A stretch of 64,000 nt of DNA. It comes from Candidatus Melainabacteria bacterium 17Bon1m. GTDB taxonomy: Bacteria; Cyanobacteriota; Vampirovibrionia; Obscuribacterales; Obscuribacteraceae. Each line of letters opens with the position of its first letter. The stretch's first letter is position 1. Of this stretch, positions 9,250 to 18,643 are shown piece after piece. The position numbers and the translations under genes are program-made. The notes beneath the pieces were generated by a model. That model was not told the origin of the DNA. It saw only the letters and a list, made by a program, of their open reading frames with translations, and ran no database searches. Location: the NCBI GenBank assembly GCA_032128875.1, contig JAVLKG010000005.1:288001-352000 (forward strand), read 5' to 3'.

Positions 9250-10833
9250 CTAGTTCGAGGTTGGTTTTAACTTCTCATTGACAAAAAGCTTTGAAGCTTT
9301 GTCTTCGGCGACCAGCTTCCAGTCAGGGTTTTTGGAAAGCTCTCCACCGAGCAAACTGTTGCTTGGCATTATCACCCAGTACAAGTGATACTTTTCAAAA
9401 ACCTTTTCAAACCCAGGCAGAGCGCGCGAACAACTGGCATATTCGAGATAAAAAGACTCAGGGAAAAAATCTGCGCGGTCATCGATAAAAACGCGCTTGC
9501 CGGTTTTGTATCTCAAATATCCGCCCCAGTTGTCGTAATTAAAACCACTTGCAGGATCAAGATTGTTTTTCACAACATAATCGAGCGTCTTGGTTGGTTT
9601 GTCTTTTGGATTAAAGCCGGAATTCAAAATTTGATTGCCGGCCACGCTGCCTCCCATGAAGGCTGCTACTGCCAGGAAAAGCGCAAAAACGATGGGCACC
9701 ACGTGCATCTTGCATTGCAGTTCCTGCGCTTCAAAATCGCTGAAGGCTTTGCGCCCGCGTGCGACTACTCTTTGGAATGTGTTTGGAGTCTCCGAATTGA
9801 TGTCGCCTAGCAATTTCATGTGCCCAAGCAACTCTCCAATTGCGGGCAGTGCGACGATAGCGAAAAGCGGCATATTGCGCTTTGCTTGCAGCGCCATGTG
9901 GGCGAAAGTCACCACGGTGAGAAACCTCGGAAGGCTGATGTTTTTTGCAGCGCGGAAAAGACCAGCCAGCAGTGCAAAGAATAAAATTTCCAGGCAGATA
10001 GAGTGAAGATCGCCATGGAAAGCCGGAGATTGAAATTCGTCCGTTTGAGAAACCACGGAGGCTTTTGTTTTCAAATACAAATAAATGTATTGGTGCAGCT
10101 CGATGCCGTAGGGATTGACTAAAGTAACTGCGGACAGGGTGACGATAAGAATGAGCAATGGTTTGAGGCGTTGAAAGTTTTTCTTCGCTTCTTCTGCATC
10201 CGAGTTGAAAAAGCATCCAAACAATGCGGCAACAAAATAAATTCCTGCAATTCCAATTCCCAATGCAAATGCCGGATGCATGTTGGTCCACAAAAGCATT
10301 GTCGGAACCAGCCAGATTAAGAGCCGTTTGAAGTCTATACGCCCGCGATAAAAGTCTTCGAGCTTGGTTGAAAAAATGTACACGCCCCAGAAGTTGAGAA
10401 GGTGTGGACGAGCAAGGAAGTGCATTGCAGATAGCAATGAGCCCACGACAACAAAGAATAAGCTTGGGAAAACGGACACACCATCGCGGCGCATGCGGTC
10501 GTACAGCATTAGGAAAAGACTGCTGATGGTGACGCTGCATGCGACGGCAAGAAGGTTCAAGCCACCGGCTTTGACGAGTAGAGCCATAATCACATCAGTC
10601 AGCCATTGATAGGCAACCCAGGGGCGATCTGCATGCGATGACGTGAGAATATCCGTGTGCGGAATCGAGCCGGTGTCAAGGATGTGCATCCCCGTGACGA
10701 TGTGCCATCCGGTGGAGCCATCTCCGAAAAGAAAGTTCGGCAGCATGAAGAGAGTCAAACTAGCCAAAAAAATAAAGAGCATGTCGCCCGCATCAGGCAG
10801 CGGCGACTTCTGGGGAACCTCAGGGTCAGACAT
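9250..10833 (-). CDS. Multi-TM putative GT-C glycosyltransferase (paralog of 34124..35695)
   Basis: GDGSTGWHIVTG in first loop, ARPH, WTNMH, NPYG, DEFQS, NYDNWGGY, VFIDDRAD; many TMs plus soluble C-terminal domain. Confidence 0.55.
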   Translation of the reverse strand: MSDPEVPQKSPLPDAGDMLFIFLASLTLFMLPNFLFGDGSTGWHIVTGMHILDTGSIPHTDILTSSHADRPWVAYQWLTDVIMALLVKAGGLNLLAVACSVTISSLFLMLYDRMRRDGVSVFPSLFFVVVGSLLSAMHFLARPHLLNFWGVYIFSTKLEDFYRGRIDFKRLLIWLVPTMLLWTNMHPAFALGIGIAGIYFVAALFGCFFNSDAEEAKKNFQRLKPLLILIVTLSAVTLVNPYGIELHQYIYLYLKTKASVVSQTDEFQSPAFHGDLHSICLEILFFALLAGLFRAAKNISLPRFLTVVTFAHMALQAKRNMPLFAIVALPAIGELLGHMKLLGDINSETPNTFQRVVARGRKAFSDFEAQELQCKMHVVPIVFALFLAVAAFMGGSVAGNQILNSGFNPKDKPTKTLDYVVKNNLDPASGFNYDNWGGYLRYKTGKRVFIDDRADFFPESFYLEYASCSRALPGFEKVFEKYHLYWVIMPSNSLLGGELSKNPDWKLVAEDKASKLFVNEKLKPTSN

Positions 10834-10872
10834 TATGATCCAACTTTTCTTGGAAGCTTTTGGTCTATTCGA

Positions 10873-11691
10873 TTAAGAGAAAGATTGTGTATTAAGCCAG
10901 CCGCGAACTTGCAGAGACTCGGCCATTTTGCACATACCGGTAAGTTCGTCGTACATGGCGACCGCCAATTGGTGCATCGAAATCTGTCCGCTCGACAGCA
11001 GATATTCGCCAACCTGCAGCGATTGCATTTGTGTATCTGTGACGTAGCCAGCGCTCAAGACAAGCTCTTTGAGCGGAATTTCGGGGGCAATGGCCATTTG
11101 GTTTTTGAGAGCTTGAACTTCTGCTGGTCCGATGACACGGCAGGCTTTGAGCATGTCGATGAGCAATGGCAGCTTTTCTTCCATCGGCACTGTGATGGCT
11201 TGCTGCGGTTTTGCCGGCACTGCTTCGTGGGTCGCAGTGGCTGGCGTCGGCACGACTTCCGGTTCGAGCGAGCCGTCTTCGCCGATAGCTTTTTGTTCGA
11301 TGAGCCAGGTTCTGACTGCGACAAGGTCGTGGCTTAGACGAAGTCTTGGCTTTCTGAGAATGTAGCCGGCGTCGAGCAGGCGGTAATATTCTTCGCGTCT
11401 GTCGCGGGCGTTGGAAACGCGCTGGAAATTACGGATGGCACGCAAGTATCCGGATAAGACTGCGGTTTGCGAAACATCGCAAGAAAGACCAAGGAGAGGA
11501 TAAAGGCTGGTGGCGTTTTTCTCGCCATCGGTGCGAGGAGGCGGCAGCAAGTCGGGGAAAAGTTGATAAAGCTGGCGCACGACGGTAAGTACGCCTTTCA
11601 CGTCGTTGATAGCCCAACTCTGACGCAGCGAAGCGCAAAGAATTTGGCTTTCTAATTCGATGCGGTTGGCGCCACCAGAGGTCTCTGCCAT
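10873..11691 (-). CDS. Hypothetical protein: degenerate J-domain-like segment plus MshEN-like repeats
   Basis: SLYPLLGL...AVLSGY (DnaJ helix I-like, no HPD); C-terminal VGEYLLSSGQIS / MAESLQVRGWL. Confidence 0.45.
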   Translation of the reverse strand: MAETSGGANRIELESQILCASLRQSWAINDVKGVLTVVRQLYQLFPDLLPPPRTDGEKNATSLYPLLGLSCDVSQTAVLSGYLRAIRNFQRVSNARDRREEYYRLLDAGYILRKPRLRLSHDLVAVRTWLIEQKAIGEDGSLEPEVVPTPATATHEAVPAKPQQAITVPMEEKLPLLIDMLKACRVIGPAEVQALKNQMAIAPEIPLKELVLSAGYVTDTQMQSLQVGEYLLSSGQISMHQLAVAMYDELTGMCKMAESLQVRGWLNTQSFS

Positions 11692-11778
11692 CTAATCCTC
11701 AAACCCTAGACTCTATCAATCAGCAATCTAGCCGCTGCTTTTCTCGTACCCGATACCGATTATTTTCAATTCCGACTT

Positions 11779-12222
11779 CTAATTTTCAATCTCAAAAGTC
11801 AGTTCCGTATGCCCCACTCTAATCTTGTCTCCTGCGGAAAGCACTTGTCTTTTCACGACAGGGTGACCATTCAAAAGAGTACCGTTGGTCGAACCTAGGT
11901 CTTCAAGCCAGAAGTCGCTTTCTTCATAAGAAATCCAGGCATGGTGGCGGGAAGTGAATGTGTCATCAGGTATGACGACCTGATTGGACGGGTCTCTTCC
12001 TATCTTCACCTTGCGGTTCTTCAGCGGGACCTTTTGTCCCGTCTTTTGAACCACTACGATGACCTGTTTCGGCAGTTCGGACTCTTCGCCCTCCGACGCC
12101 TTCATGTAATCGAGCTGAAGGCTCTTGAGGTCGAGATCGGTCACAGTTGCGCAGTATACGCATCTGGTTCCGACAGGTGTTGGGCGTCCGCAGCTAGGAC
12201 AAGGTTCTGTATTGTCGGTCAT
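11779..12222 (-). CDS. FHA-domain protein with N-terminal zinc ribbon
   Basis: CPSC...CVYC; IGRD, SRHHA, DLGSTNGT. Confidence 0.9.
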   Translation of the reverse strand: MTDNTEPCPSCGRPTPVGTRCVYCATVTDLDLKSLQLDYMKASEGEESELPKQVIVVVQKTGQKVPLKNRKVKIGRDPSNQVVIPDDTFTSRHHAWISYEESDFWLEDLGSTNGTLLNGHPVVKRQVLSAGDKIRVGHTELTFEIEN

Positions 12223-12509
12223 CTATCTACTGGGTAATTGAAAACGTTCAGATCTTCAAAGGGTACACTCTGACCATATTATAGAGGACGAAGGAAACGC
12301 GGTCTGGCAATAGATTCACAAATATTTTGCTGAGGGAGAATCTTGTAATCGCTCGTCAACCGGGCGTTCTTGGCATCCCCGCCCTGAAGTTGTAAAAGAA
12401 TCTCCTTTTGAAGCGCTCTGTGTGCTTTTAGCGACTAGGAGGTTAGGCTCTCAAGCAGCAAACTTGTTCGCTTGGCTTTTCAAGTCTGTTGTGTAATGTG
12501 AAGAATGAG

Positions 12510-12549
12510 GACGCCGCAACTCACGTCTGGTAGAGGGCGTTGCGGCGTC
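12510..12549 (-). terminator. Hairpin downstream of the zinc-ribbon gene (possible terminator or stabiliser)
   Basis: Perfect 11-bp inverted repeat gacgccgcaac/gttgcggcgtc; weak U-tract. Confidence 0.4.
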
Positions 12550-12577
12550 AAATTTAGACTATGTTTCGTCTTGATTC

Positions 12578-12928
12578 TCAGACTGTGGCGATTTCGACGT
12601 CTCTGTCTGTTGATGCGTCTGCGTCTGTGTCTGTGGCAGGTTGTCCTTCGAGTTTTTTTGTGCGAAAGCAATAGCTGCAGTACACCGGCCTATAACCTTT
12701 CGGTTGGAAGGGCACTCTTGTGGGTGAACCGCATTCGGCGCAATTTACTTCAGCAGTGCGGCCGGGGTCTTCCCCATTGCGTTGCACCCTCATCAAAATG
12801 CGGCAATTTGGGCACCTTTTGGGCTCATTCACGAGTCCCTTGGCGCTGAAAAATTCTTGCTCGCCGGCTGAGAATACAAATGTTTTGCCGCAATCGCGGC
12901 AAGTGAGATCTTTGTTCGAAAATTCCAT
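12578..12928 (-). CDS. Zinc-ribbon protein (zf-trcl plus CxxC-x17-CxxC domain)
   Basis: LTCRDCG..F.FSAGEQEFF..KG..NEPKRCPNCR and CAECG...VPFQP...RPVYCSYC. Confidence 0.9.
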   Translation of the reverse strand: MEFSNKDLTCRDCGKTFVFSAGEQEFFSAKGLVNEPKRCPNCRILMRVQRNGEDPGRTAEVNCAECGSPTRVPFQPKGYRPVYCSYCFRTKKLEGQPATDTDADASTDRDVEIATV

Positions 12929-13169
12929 ATACGAGAAACCTTAACTGCCCCGGGGATTTCCATATACAGCCCGCTACCAAGGAGCTTGTTCTGCGGGCGG
13001 TTCTGCTTGCTGACAACGGCAGACTAGCCCATGCTATCACGCGGGACATACGTGCGGAAGGCTAAATGCGGGTTCTCTGGGGAAATTGCCATACAAATAT
13101 GGTAATCACCATAGCCAAAGCTGCAACTGGTCGGCTCATGGCGCATATATCGACAAGCCGGTTCAATCC

Positions 13170-14162
13170 TTACTCTTCGGAACCCCTGACTGGCTGCCGA
13201 GAGTACGCGCCCACATTGAGTTTTGAGTTTTCTCCATGGAAGAAGGCTGCGGCGGCCACCATCGCTGCGTTGTCCGTGCAGAGATGGTTTGAAGGGAAGT
13301 AAACGCGATAACCGCTTGCCTTCTCGAATTTAGAGCGTAGCTCTCGATTTGCGGCTACTCCGCCCGCCAGTACGATCGTCTTCAAACCCAATTCGTCAGC
13401 GGCTTTCAAGGTCTTCTTAACGAGCACCCTCGTGACAGCCTCCTGAAAAGAGGCGCATAAGTCCTCTATAGGTAACGCGTCGGTAACCTTCTGTAACTTC
13501 TCGACTTGGCGCAGCACTGCGGTTTTCAATCCACTAAAACTGAAGTCGTATCCTTTGACTACGCCCTCGGGAAATTTAAACGCACTAGGGTTTCCCTTAG
13601 ATGCAATCTTGTCGATTACGGGGCCGCCCGGATAGCCAAGACCTAAAAGTCTTCCAACCTTGTCGTAAGCTTCGCCGGCGGCGTCGTCAAGCGTCTCTCC
13701 AATTATTTGAATGTCATCGAAGTTTTTAAAATGCAGTATTTGAGTATGTCCGCCTGAAACAAGCAGGGCCACAAAAGGCGGCTCCAGGTCTGTATCAATG
13801 AAATTGGCGCAGACGTGGGCGAACAAGTGATCGACGGTTTTCAATGGCAGATTCCAGGACCATGAAAGTGCTTTGGCAGCCGAGAGCCCAATGAGCAAAG
13901 TGCCGATGAGACCTGGTCCTCTGGTACAGGCTATGCCGTCCAGCTGGTCATGAGTAAGACCGGCTTTTGATAGAGCTTCATCAATCATCAAGTTGATCGT
14001 TTGAACGTGGCTGCGTGCAGCAACTTCCGGCACGACGCCGCCGTACTTTTGATGGATAGGCGTTTGAGAGACCAGACAACTAGACAAAAGTGTGCGGCCG
14101 TCTTTGACGATGGCTGCTGCTGTTTCATCACAACTGGTTTCCAAACCGAGTAAGACAGTCAT
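13170..14162 (-). CDS. tsaD: tRNA N6-adenosine threonylcarbamoyltransferase
   Basis: LGLETSCDET, GGVVPEVAARSH, GPGL, LVSGGHT, TLDDAAGEAYDK, LGYPGGP, FSFSGLKT, CTDNAAM. Confidence 0.97.
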   Translation of the reverse strand: MTVLLGLETSCDETAAAIVKDGRTLLSSCLVSQTPIHQKYGGVVPEVAARSHVQTINLMIDEALSKAGLTHDQLDGIACTRGPGLIGTLLIGLSAAKALSWSWNLPLKTVDHLFAHVCANFIDTDLEPPFVALLVSGGHTQILHFKNFDDIQIIGETLDDAAGEAYDKVGRLLGLGYPGGPVIDKIASKGNPSAFKFPEGVVKGYDFSFSGLKTAVLRQVEKLQKVTDALPIEDLCASFQEAVTRVLVKKTLKAADELGLKTIVLAGGVAANRELRSKFEKASGYRVYFPSNHLCTDNAAMVAAAAFFHGENSKLNVGAYSRQPVRGSEE

Positions 14163-14345
14163 TTTTCAGCTCTAAATAAGAGATCTAATCTTACACCTTT
14201 AGATGAAAAGCTGTGAAATGCTCGCTTCGCTGTAGCTTTCAGCTCTCCGAAGGTGCCCGGGCTGCCATAGAATAAAAGAATTATCGGCGCCTCTCTGTAC
14301 CCCAAAAATGCCTGTCGCCAGGGCGTGTAATAGCCTAAAAACCTA

Positions 14346-14374
14346 TTGACAAGCGCTGTTGAGAAGAGTAGTAT
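14346..14374 (+). promoter_or_regulatory. Sigma70-type promoter for the secreted Gly-rich gene pair
   Basis: TTGACA (14346-14351), 17-nt spacer, TAGTAT (14369-14374). Confidence 0.65.
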
Positions 14375-14562
14375 TCTGCCATCTATGCTCTTTTCGCCCA
14401 TGCTTTTTGTGGGCACATAGTAAAGGGGCTAGAACCGAAGGGTTTGCCTTAGCGAATCGTGAGGTTCTTAGATGAATCGGTGGAGTTTTCTACCGATTGT
14501 GAGCAATCACAAAACCTTACTAAGTAATTTGTCGGACTCCCTATTTTGACGGGTCTAAATAC

Positions 14563-15249
14563 ATGAAGAAGCTGCAGCATTTCGCATTTGCATTCGGAGT
14601 TGTACTCTTTGCCACTAATTTCTCCGCCCCTGTTTTGGCACAGAGCTCCAACCTCGATTTCGGCGGAGGTAATTCCATACGAGTTACTCCTAATGGCACC
14701 ACATTTGGTATGAACGGAAATACCGTCAATATCGGTAATTCCGGCGGCCGGATCAGTGGCTCAGGCGGCAGCTTCAGTTGGGGTAATGGAACCCAAAACT
14801 CCAGCATGGGTCGCACATACGATCTCGATCCGGCTTATCCTTCGCACGGCATGCGATATGTCCAGCCACCGCCCGGTGCATTTGGCGAAGGAGCCGGCGG
14901 CAATCAATTCAACTCATCCGGAACCAACGGTGTAATGGGCAGAAGCTCCCGCCGCGAATCGGGAAACTTGGCTCAACAAGACAACTCGTTTCAAGACTAC
15001 ATGGGCGACACCGACGGCAAACAAACTCCGATGTCTCGCGGCGGACTTCCTGAAACCACAACAGCTATCCAATCCTTCGACAACATTTATGGAATGACTC
15101 GCATCCCTTCCGGTCAGTTCAGATATGGATTCAGCAATCAGGGAGGCGCTTTGCTCCGCTCACCTACTGGATTCGGCAATCAAGGTTTTGGTGGTTTCTT
15201 GCCACAGACTTCGACTGGCTCGCTGGACATCAATACGGTCGATCGTTAG
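14563..15249 (+). CDS. Secreted Gly/Asn/Ser-rich hypothetical protein
   Basis: Sec signal peptide ending VLA-Q; low-complexity G/N/S/F mature region. Confidence 0.75.
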   Translation: MKKLQHFAFAFGVVLFATNFSAPVLAQSSNLDFGGGNSIRVTPNGTTFGMNGNTVNIGNSGGRISGSGGSFSWGNGTQNSSMGRTYDLDPAYPSHGMRYVQPPPGAFGEGAGGNQFNSSGTNGVMGRSSRRESGNLAQQDNSFQDYMGDTDGKQTPMSRGGLPETTTAIQSFDNIYGMTRIPSGQFRYGFSNQGGALLRSPTGFGNQGFGGFLPQTSTGSLDINTVDR

Positions 15250-15318
15250 TTTAAATTCCGCTTTTTCCGCAGCCGGTAAGGCTAAGAGCGTAACTCAAAT
15301 CTTCAAGGGTTAAATCAA

Positions 15319-16101
15319 ATGATTAGAAAAGCCGCTTTCGCAGCAATCGTCACAACCTTACTAAGTCTGCCGGTATACGCCCAAGACTGGAGCACCTCAT
15401 CAGGCACCACCGGTTCGGGTGGAAGAGAGTCATCTTCTACCGGTTCGCAGGGCATGGCGCCGGACGATTCGGATTTTACGTCACCTCAAAATCAAACTCG
15501 TCGCAATATGGGACGCGTTTCGGGACCAGGGTTTGCTCTCAATGACACATCTCTTCCAATCGGTGCCGGTCAAGGATTGGCTCGAGTGAGCGGACCGCGC
15601 GGTCGCAATGGACTACCGCCGACAAGACTTGATAGTTTCGTAAAAGAAGCTGGCGGACATGCCTGGCACATTTATGGAGACGAAGGCACATACAGCATTC
15701 CTCCGTTTTTTGAATTCAGTCCGGTTCACCGTATTGAGCGCGGCATCAATGGACCACGTGCTGCTGGTCTCACCACACAACACGGCAGCCCGCTGCCACC
15801 TGCATGGGGCGGCGATGAATTCGTGAAGACAGAAGGCTTCACGCAGTCCGGCGCACCGTACCAGCAAGTCAATCCGCTGCTTAATCTTCCGACGCCTGAT
15901 TTTGGCGGGGGCAATGGCGGTCGTTCAAACTTTGGATTCAATGTCGGCGGACAGCCGGTCAATGGAAGTTTCAATCCAAATAGTGGTGGCTTCCGCGGCA
16001 GCGTCAACACCGGTCTTGGCACCTTCGGCGGAACATACAATCCGACTACCGGCGGTGGCACCGTCAGAATTCCTGGTGGACAAAGTTTCGATTTCCCATA
16101 A
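15319..16101 (+). CDS. Secreted Gly-rich hypothetical protein
   Basis: Signal peptide ending VYA-Q; central non-repetitive block LPPTRLDSFV...HIYGDEG...HRIERGI...HGSPLPPAWG; Gly-rich tail. Confidence 0.75.
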   Translation: MIRKAAFAAIVTTLLSLPVYAQDWSTSSGTTGSGGRESSSTGSQGMAPDDSDFTSPQNQTRRNMGRVSGPGFALNDTSLPIGAGQGLARVSGPRGRNGLPPTRLDSFVKEAGGHAWHIYGDEGTYSIPPFFEFSPVHRIERGINGPRAAGLTTQHGSPLPPAWGGDEFVKTEGFTQSGAPYQQVNPLLNLPTPDFGGGNGGRSNFGFNVGGQPVNGSFNPNSGGFRGSVNTGLGTFGGTYNPTTGGGTVRIPGGQSFDFP

Positions 16102-16168
16102 ACCGAAATCGAGCGAAATCTGTAGAGCTTCAACCTAAGTCAAACTAGGTCAACCACGGCATCCTAAA

Positions 16169-16747
16169 TTAGTTGAATCCCAAGAAGGTCAGTGTCTGCT
16201 TCTGGAAGAACATGGCGATCACTGTGCCCAGTGCAATTGCCAGTCCGATCGGGATGCGCTTCTTTCTGACTTCGGTAAGTTTTTCCGAATCGACTTGCGG
16301 CGCAACCAGTTTTCCGCCCAGGGCCACTGCCGCAAAGGCGTTGAAAACTTGCTTCCAGGGAATCAAGCGACCTAACTGAAACATCGAAATTGCGCCGTAG
16401 CAAAGTGCGAAATAAAAGAAAGTAACGAGCACAGTTGTTGTGCCGAGAAATGCGCCCATGCATGCCATCAATTTTGCATCGCCCATGCCCATCGGCCCGT
16501 CTTCACCATATTTAGGACCGATTGGCAGGTAGATGAAGAACAAAGTGATGGCGGCGCCGACAAACCACCCGGTCACCGACTGTAGTGCGCCGTCCATGCC
16601 CTTGTCCAAATAGTTGAGAAGAATTGCTGCAGCGGATGCAGGGAATGTCAGCAAGTTCGGAATCTTTTCAGTGCGCCAGTCTATTACGAGCGCAATCATT
16701 ACGACTACTATTGCTATTACTTGTGTGATCGTCGTCAGCTGTGTCAC
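16169..16747 (-). CDS. cpaA: Prepilin peptidase, family A24 (TadV/CpaA)
   Basis: IDWRTEKIPN and GMGDAKL catalytic Asp motifs, C-terminal IP...AI; Tad context. Confidence 0.9.
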   Translation of the reverse strand: MTQLTTITQVIAIVVVMIALVIDWRTEKIPNLLTFPASAAAILLNYLDKGMDGALQSVTGWFVGAAITLFFIYLPIGPKYGEDGPMGMGDAKLMACMGAFLGTTTVLVTFFYFALCYGAISMFQLGRLIPWKQVFNAFAAVALGGKLVAPQVDSEKLTEVRKKRIPIGLAIALGTVIAMFFQKQTLTFLGFN

Positions 16748-16820
16748 GGTGTTCTTTCTTTCCTTCGGATTCCGTCTAAGCCAGATGCTTTCGGTTTTCT
16801 TTTTTTACAAGATAACCTAA

Positions 16821-17195
16821 TTACAAAACAGCGATGCAGTCGATTTCGACTGCAACGTCGCGCGGCAATTTTGCCACCTGGACTGTGGCTCTTGCCGGTT
16901 TGTGATCTGGAAAATGACTGCCGTAGACTTCATTCATATCAGTGAAATCTCCCATGTCTTTCAAGTAGACAGTGGTTTTCACCACCTTTGAAAAGTCTGC
17001 GCCGGCGGCGTCGAGTATTGCTGCCAAGTTGGACATGACTTGTTTTGTCTGATCGGTAATGGATCCTTCGACCAGATTACCGCTTGCCGGATCGATTGGA
17101 ATTTGTCCGGAGACGAAGACCATTCCATTGGCAACGATTGCTTGAGAGTATGGGCCGATGGCTTTCGGCGCTGTGTCCGTAGCAACAACTTTCAT
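16821..17195 (-). CDS. ridA: RidA/YjgF reactive-intermediate deaminase
   Basis: APKAIGPYSQA, SGQIP, PARATV, VEIDCIA. Confidence 0.95.
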   Translation of the reverse strand: MKVVATDTAPKAIGPYSQAIVANGMVFVSGQIPIDPASGNLVEGSITDQTKQVMSNLAAILDAAGADFSKVVKTTVYLKDMGDFTDMNEVYGSHFPDHKPARATVQVAKLPRDVAVEIDCIAVL

Positions 17196-17352
17196 GTTCT
17201 AGATTTCCTTATTGCTGTGCTGCGCGCACATTAGATGCGCCAGCAAAATCTTTTTGATTTCTCTGTCTTAGTAAATGGCTTCGCTTCAAACAGCATCCGC
17301 CTAGTCTTTGATTCCACTTGCGATTGGCTTCTAAGCGAATATTAGCCGACTT

Positions 17353-17718
17353 TTAGCCGCTGTTCTTTTCTTTGGAAACGATGTCACCGAGAGTGGTGCC
17401 GGTTTTTTTTACGGTTCCGGCCGGAAGTTCGAGACAAGATTTTGCTTTGCCAAAAATTCGTGACAGTTTTCCCGGAGCAAAGTCTTCAAGAACGCCCACA
17501 ACGACGCCGTTCTTATCAAGGAAAACGGCGTCGATCGAGAATTTCATTCCGAACATATGTATCGACTGGCAGCTTGTCAAAAACAGCCCCTCGCCATCGC
17601 TCAAGGATGTCCGATTGAGCAGGCCAATCAAACGGCTAAAGAATGAATCAGCCAGTTTTGCTTTCTCTGCAAGAACCGTTTCTTTTGTGTCGTTGAGAAA
17701 TCGGAACGTGGCTTTTAT
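17353..17718 (-). CDS. DUF192 family protein (probable non-canonical start)
   Basis: ADSFFSRLIGLL, SIHMFGMKFSIDAVFLD, LELPAG. Frame stays open upstream of the track's TTG (17631) to an ATA at 17718 overlapping the tadC stop. Confidence 0.8.
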   Translation of the reverse strand: MKATFRFLNDTKETVLAEKAKLADSFFSRLIGLLNRTSLSDGEGLFLTSCQSIHMFGMKFSIDAVFLDKNGVVVGVLEDFAPGKLSRIFGKAKSCLELPAGTVKKTGTTLGDIVSKEKNSG

Positions 17719-18641
17719 TTGCCCAGTCCACCGACGATCGGACCCAAAGCGTTGACGATGGTTACGACTGCTGGTCCAAGCATCGGCGCCAGGATCAAAG
17801 GCATAACGAAGAGCATGATGACAGGCACCATCTTAACCGGCACTTTCGCCGCTTCTTCTTCTTTCTTTCTCTTCAACCTGTCGCGCAGCGCTTCAGCTTG
17901 TTGCTTGAGCGGATAGGCGATGTCCGAACCTTTTTGTTCGGCTGCGATCAGAGCGGATGCCATGTTGATCAATTCGTCGACCATGCATCTCTCGCCCATT
18001 TCGCGCAATGCGATAGGAACAGATTTTGCGAAGATTTTGACGTCGCTGATGAGCTGGCGCATTTCTTCTGCCAAAATCGGGCAAGAGTCGCCGATTTCTT
18101 TGGATACTTTGTCGACGCCCATCATCAAACCGAGACCGGCTTGGGCGCAAACGATGAGCAAGTCGATGATGGTCGGAAGTTCGCGCAAAATCAAATTCTG
18201 GCGCTTCTTAACGCGACCTGCCAGGAAGAAGTTTGGAAGCATCCAACCGAGCAAAGCAGTCGGAATCGACAAGATCAAGTTGAATGCGTTGCCTGTCGAT
18301 GCGATCAAACCTAGAAATACCGCACCCATCGCAATGACTGAACGGATGCCGATATAGATAGCTAAGTGTTGGGGAGTTCTGTAGTTGCCGGCATTGAGAA
18401 GTTCTACGGTTCTTCTGTCTGCGCAAGCAGGCACGACGCTCAATACAAGTTCGCCTACCGTGCGGCATACCTGAGTGATGGTCGAATCCTTCGGTGCGCC
18501 TTCGCCTTCCGGCTCTTTTTCTTTCGGGCGTACTCGGACTGCGTATTGGTCTACATACTGTGTGAAGAGCGGCTGCATGACGAGGAGTCCGAAGATTATG
18601 CAACCTCCGAATGTCAGCATACCGATAAACATTGGGGACAT
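17715..18641 (-). CDS. tadC: Tad pilus platform protein TadC (T2SSF domain)
   Basis: ELPTIIDLLIVCAQAGL, EQKGSDI..PL..QA, EEAAKVPVKM..P. Confidence 0.9.
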   Translation of the reverse strand: MSPMFIGMLTFGGCIIFGLLVMQPLFTQYVDQYAVRVRPKEKEPEGEGAPKDSTITQVCRTVGELVLSVVPACADRRTVELLNAGNYRTPQHLAIYIGIRSVIAMGAVFLGLIASTGNAFNLILSIPTALLGWMLPNFFLAGRVKKRQNLILRELPTIIDLLIVCAQAGLGLMMGVDKVSKEIGDSCPILAEEMRQLISDVKIFAKSVPIALREMGERCMVDELINMASALIAAEQKGSDIAYPLKQQAEALRDRLKRKKEEEAAKVPVKMVPVIMLFVMPLILAPMLGPAVVTIVNALGPIVGGLGK

Positions 18642-18643
18642 CG

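Noticed and set aside
9731-11337. Long alternative-frame ORFs 9731..10540 and 10657..11337, and similar ones such as 34884..35534, 49907..50563, 51678..52556
   Set aside because: Shadow frames overlapping well-supported genes; no motifs and atypical composition.
14498-14511. TGTGA...TCACA as a CRP box
   Set aside because: Spacer is 4 nt rather than 6; better explained as a GNRA-capped RNA hairpin.
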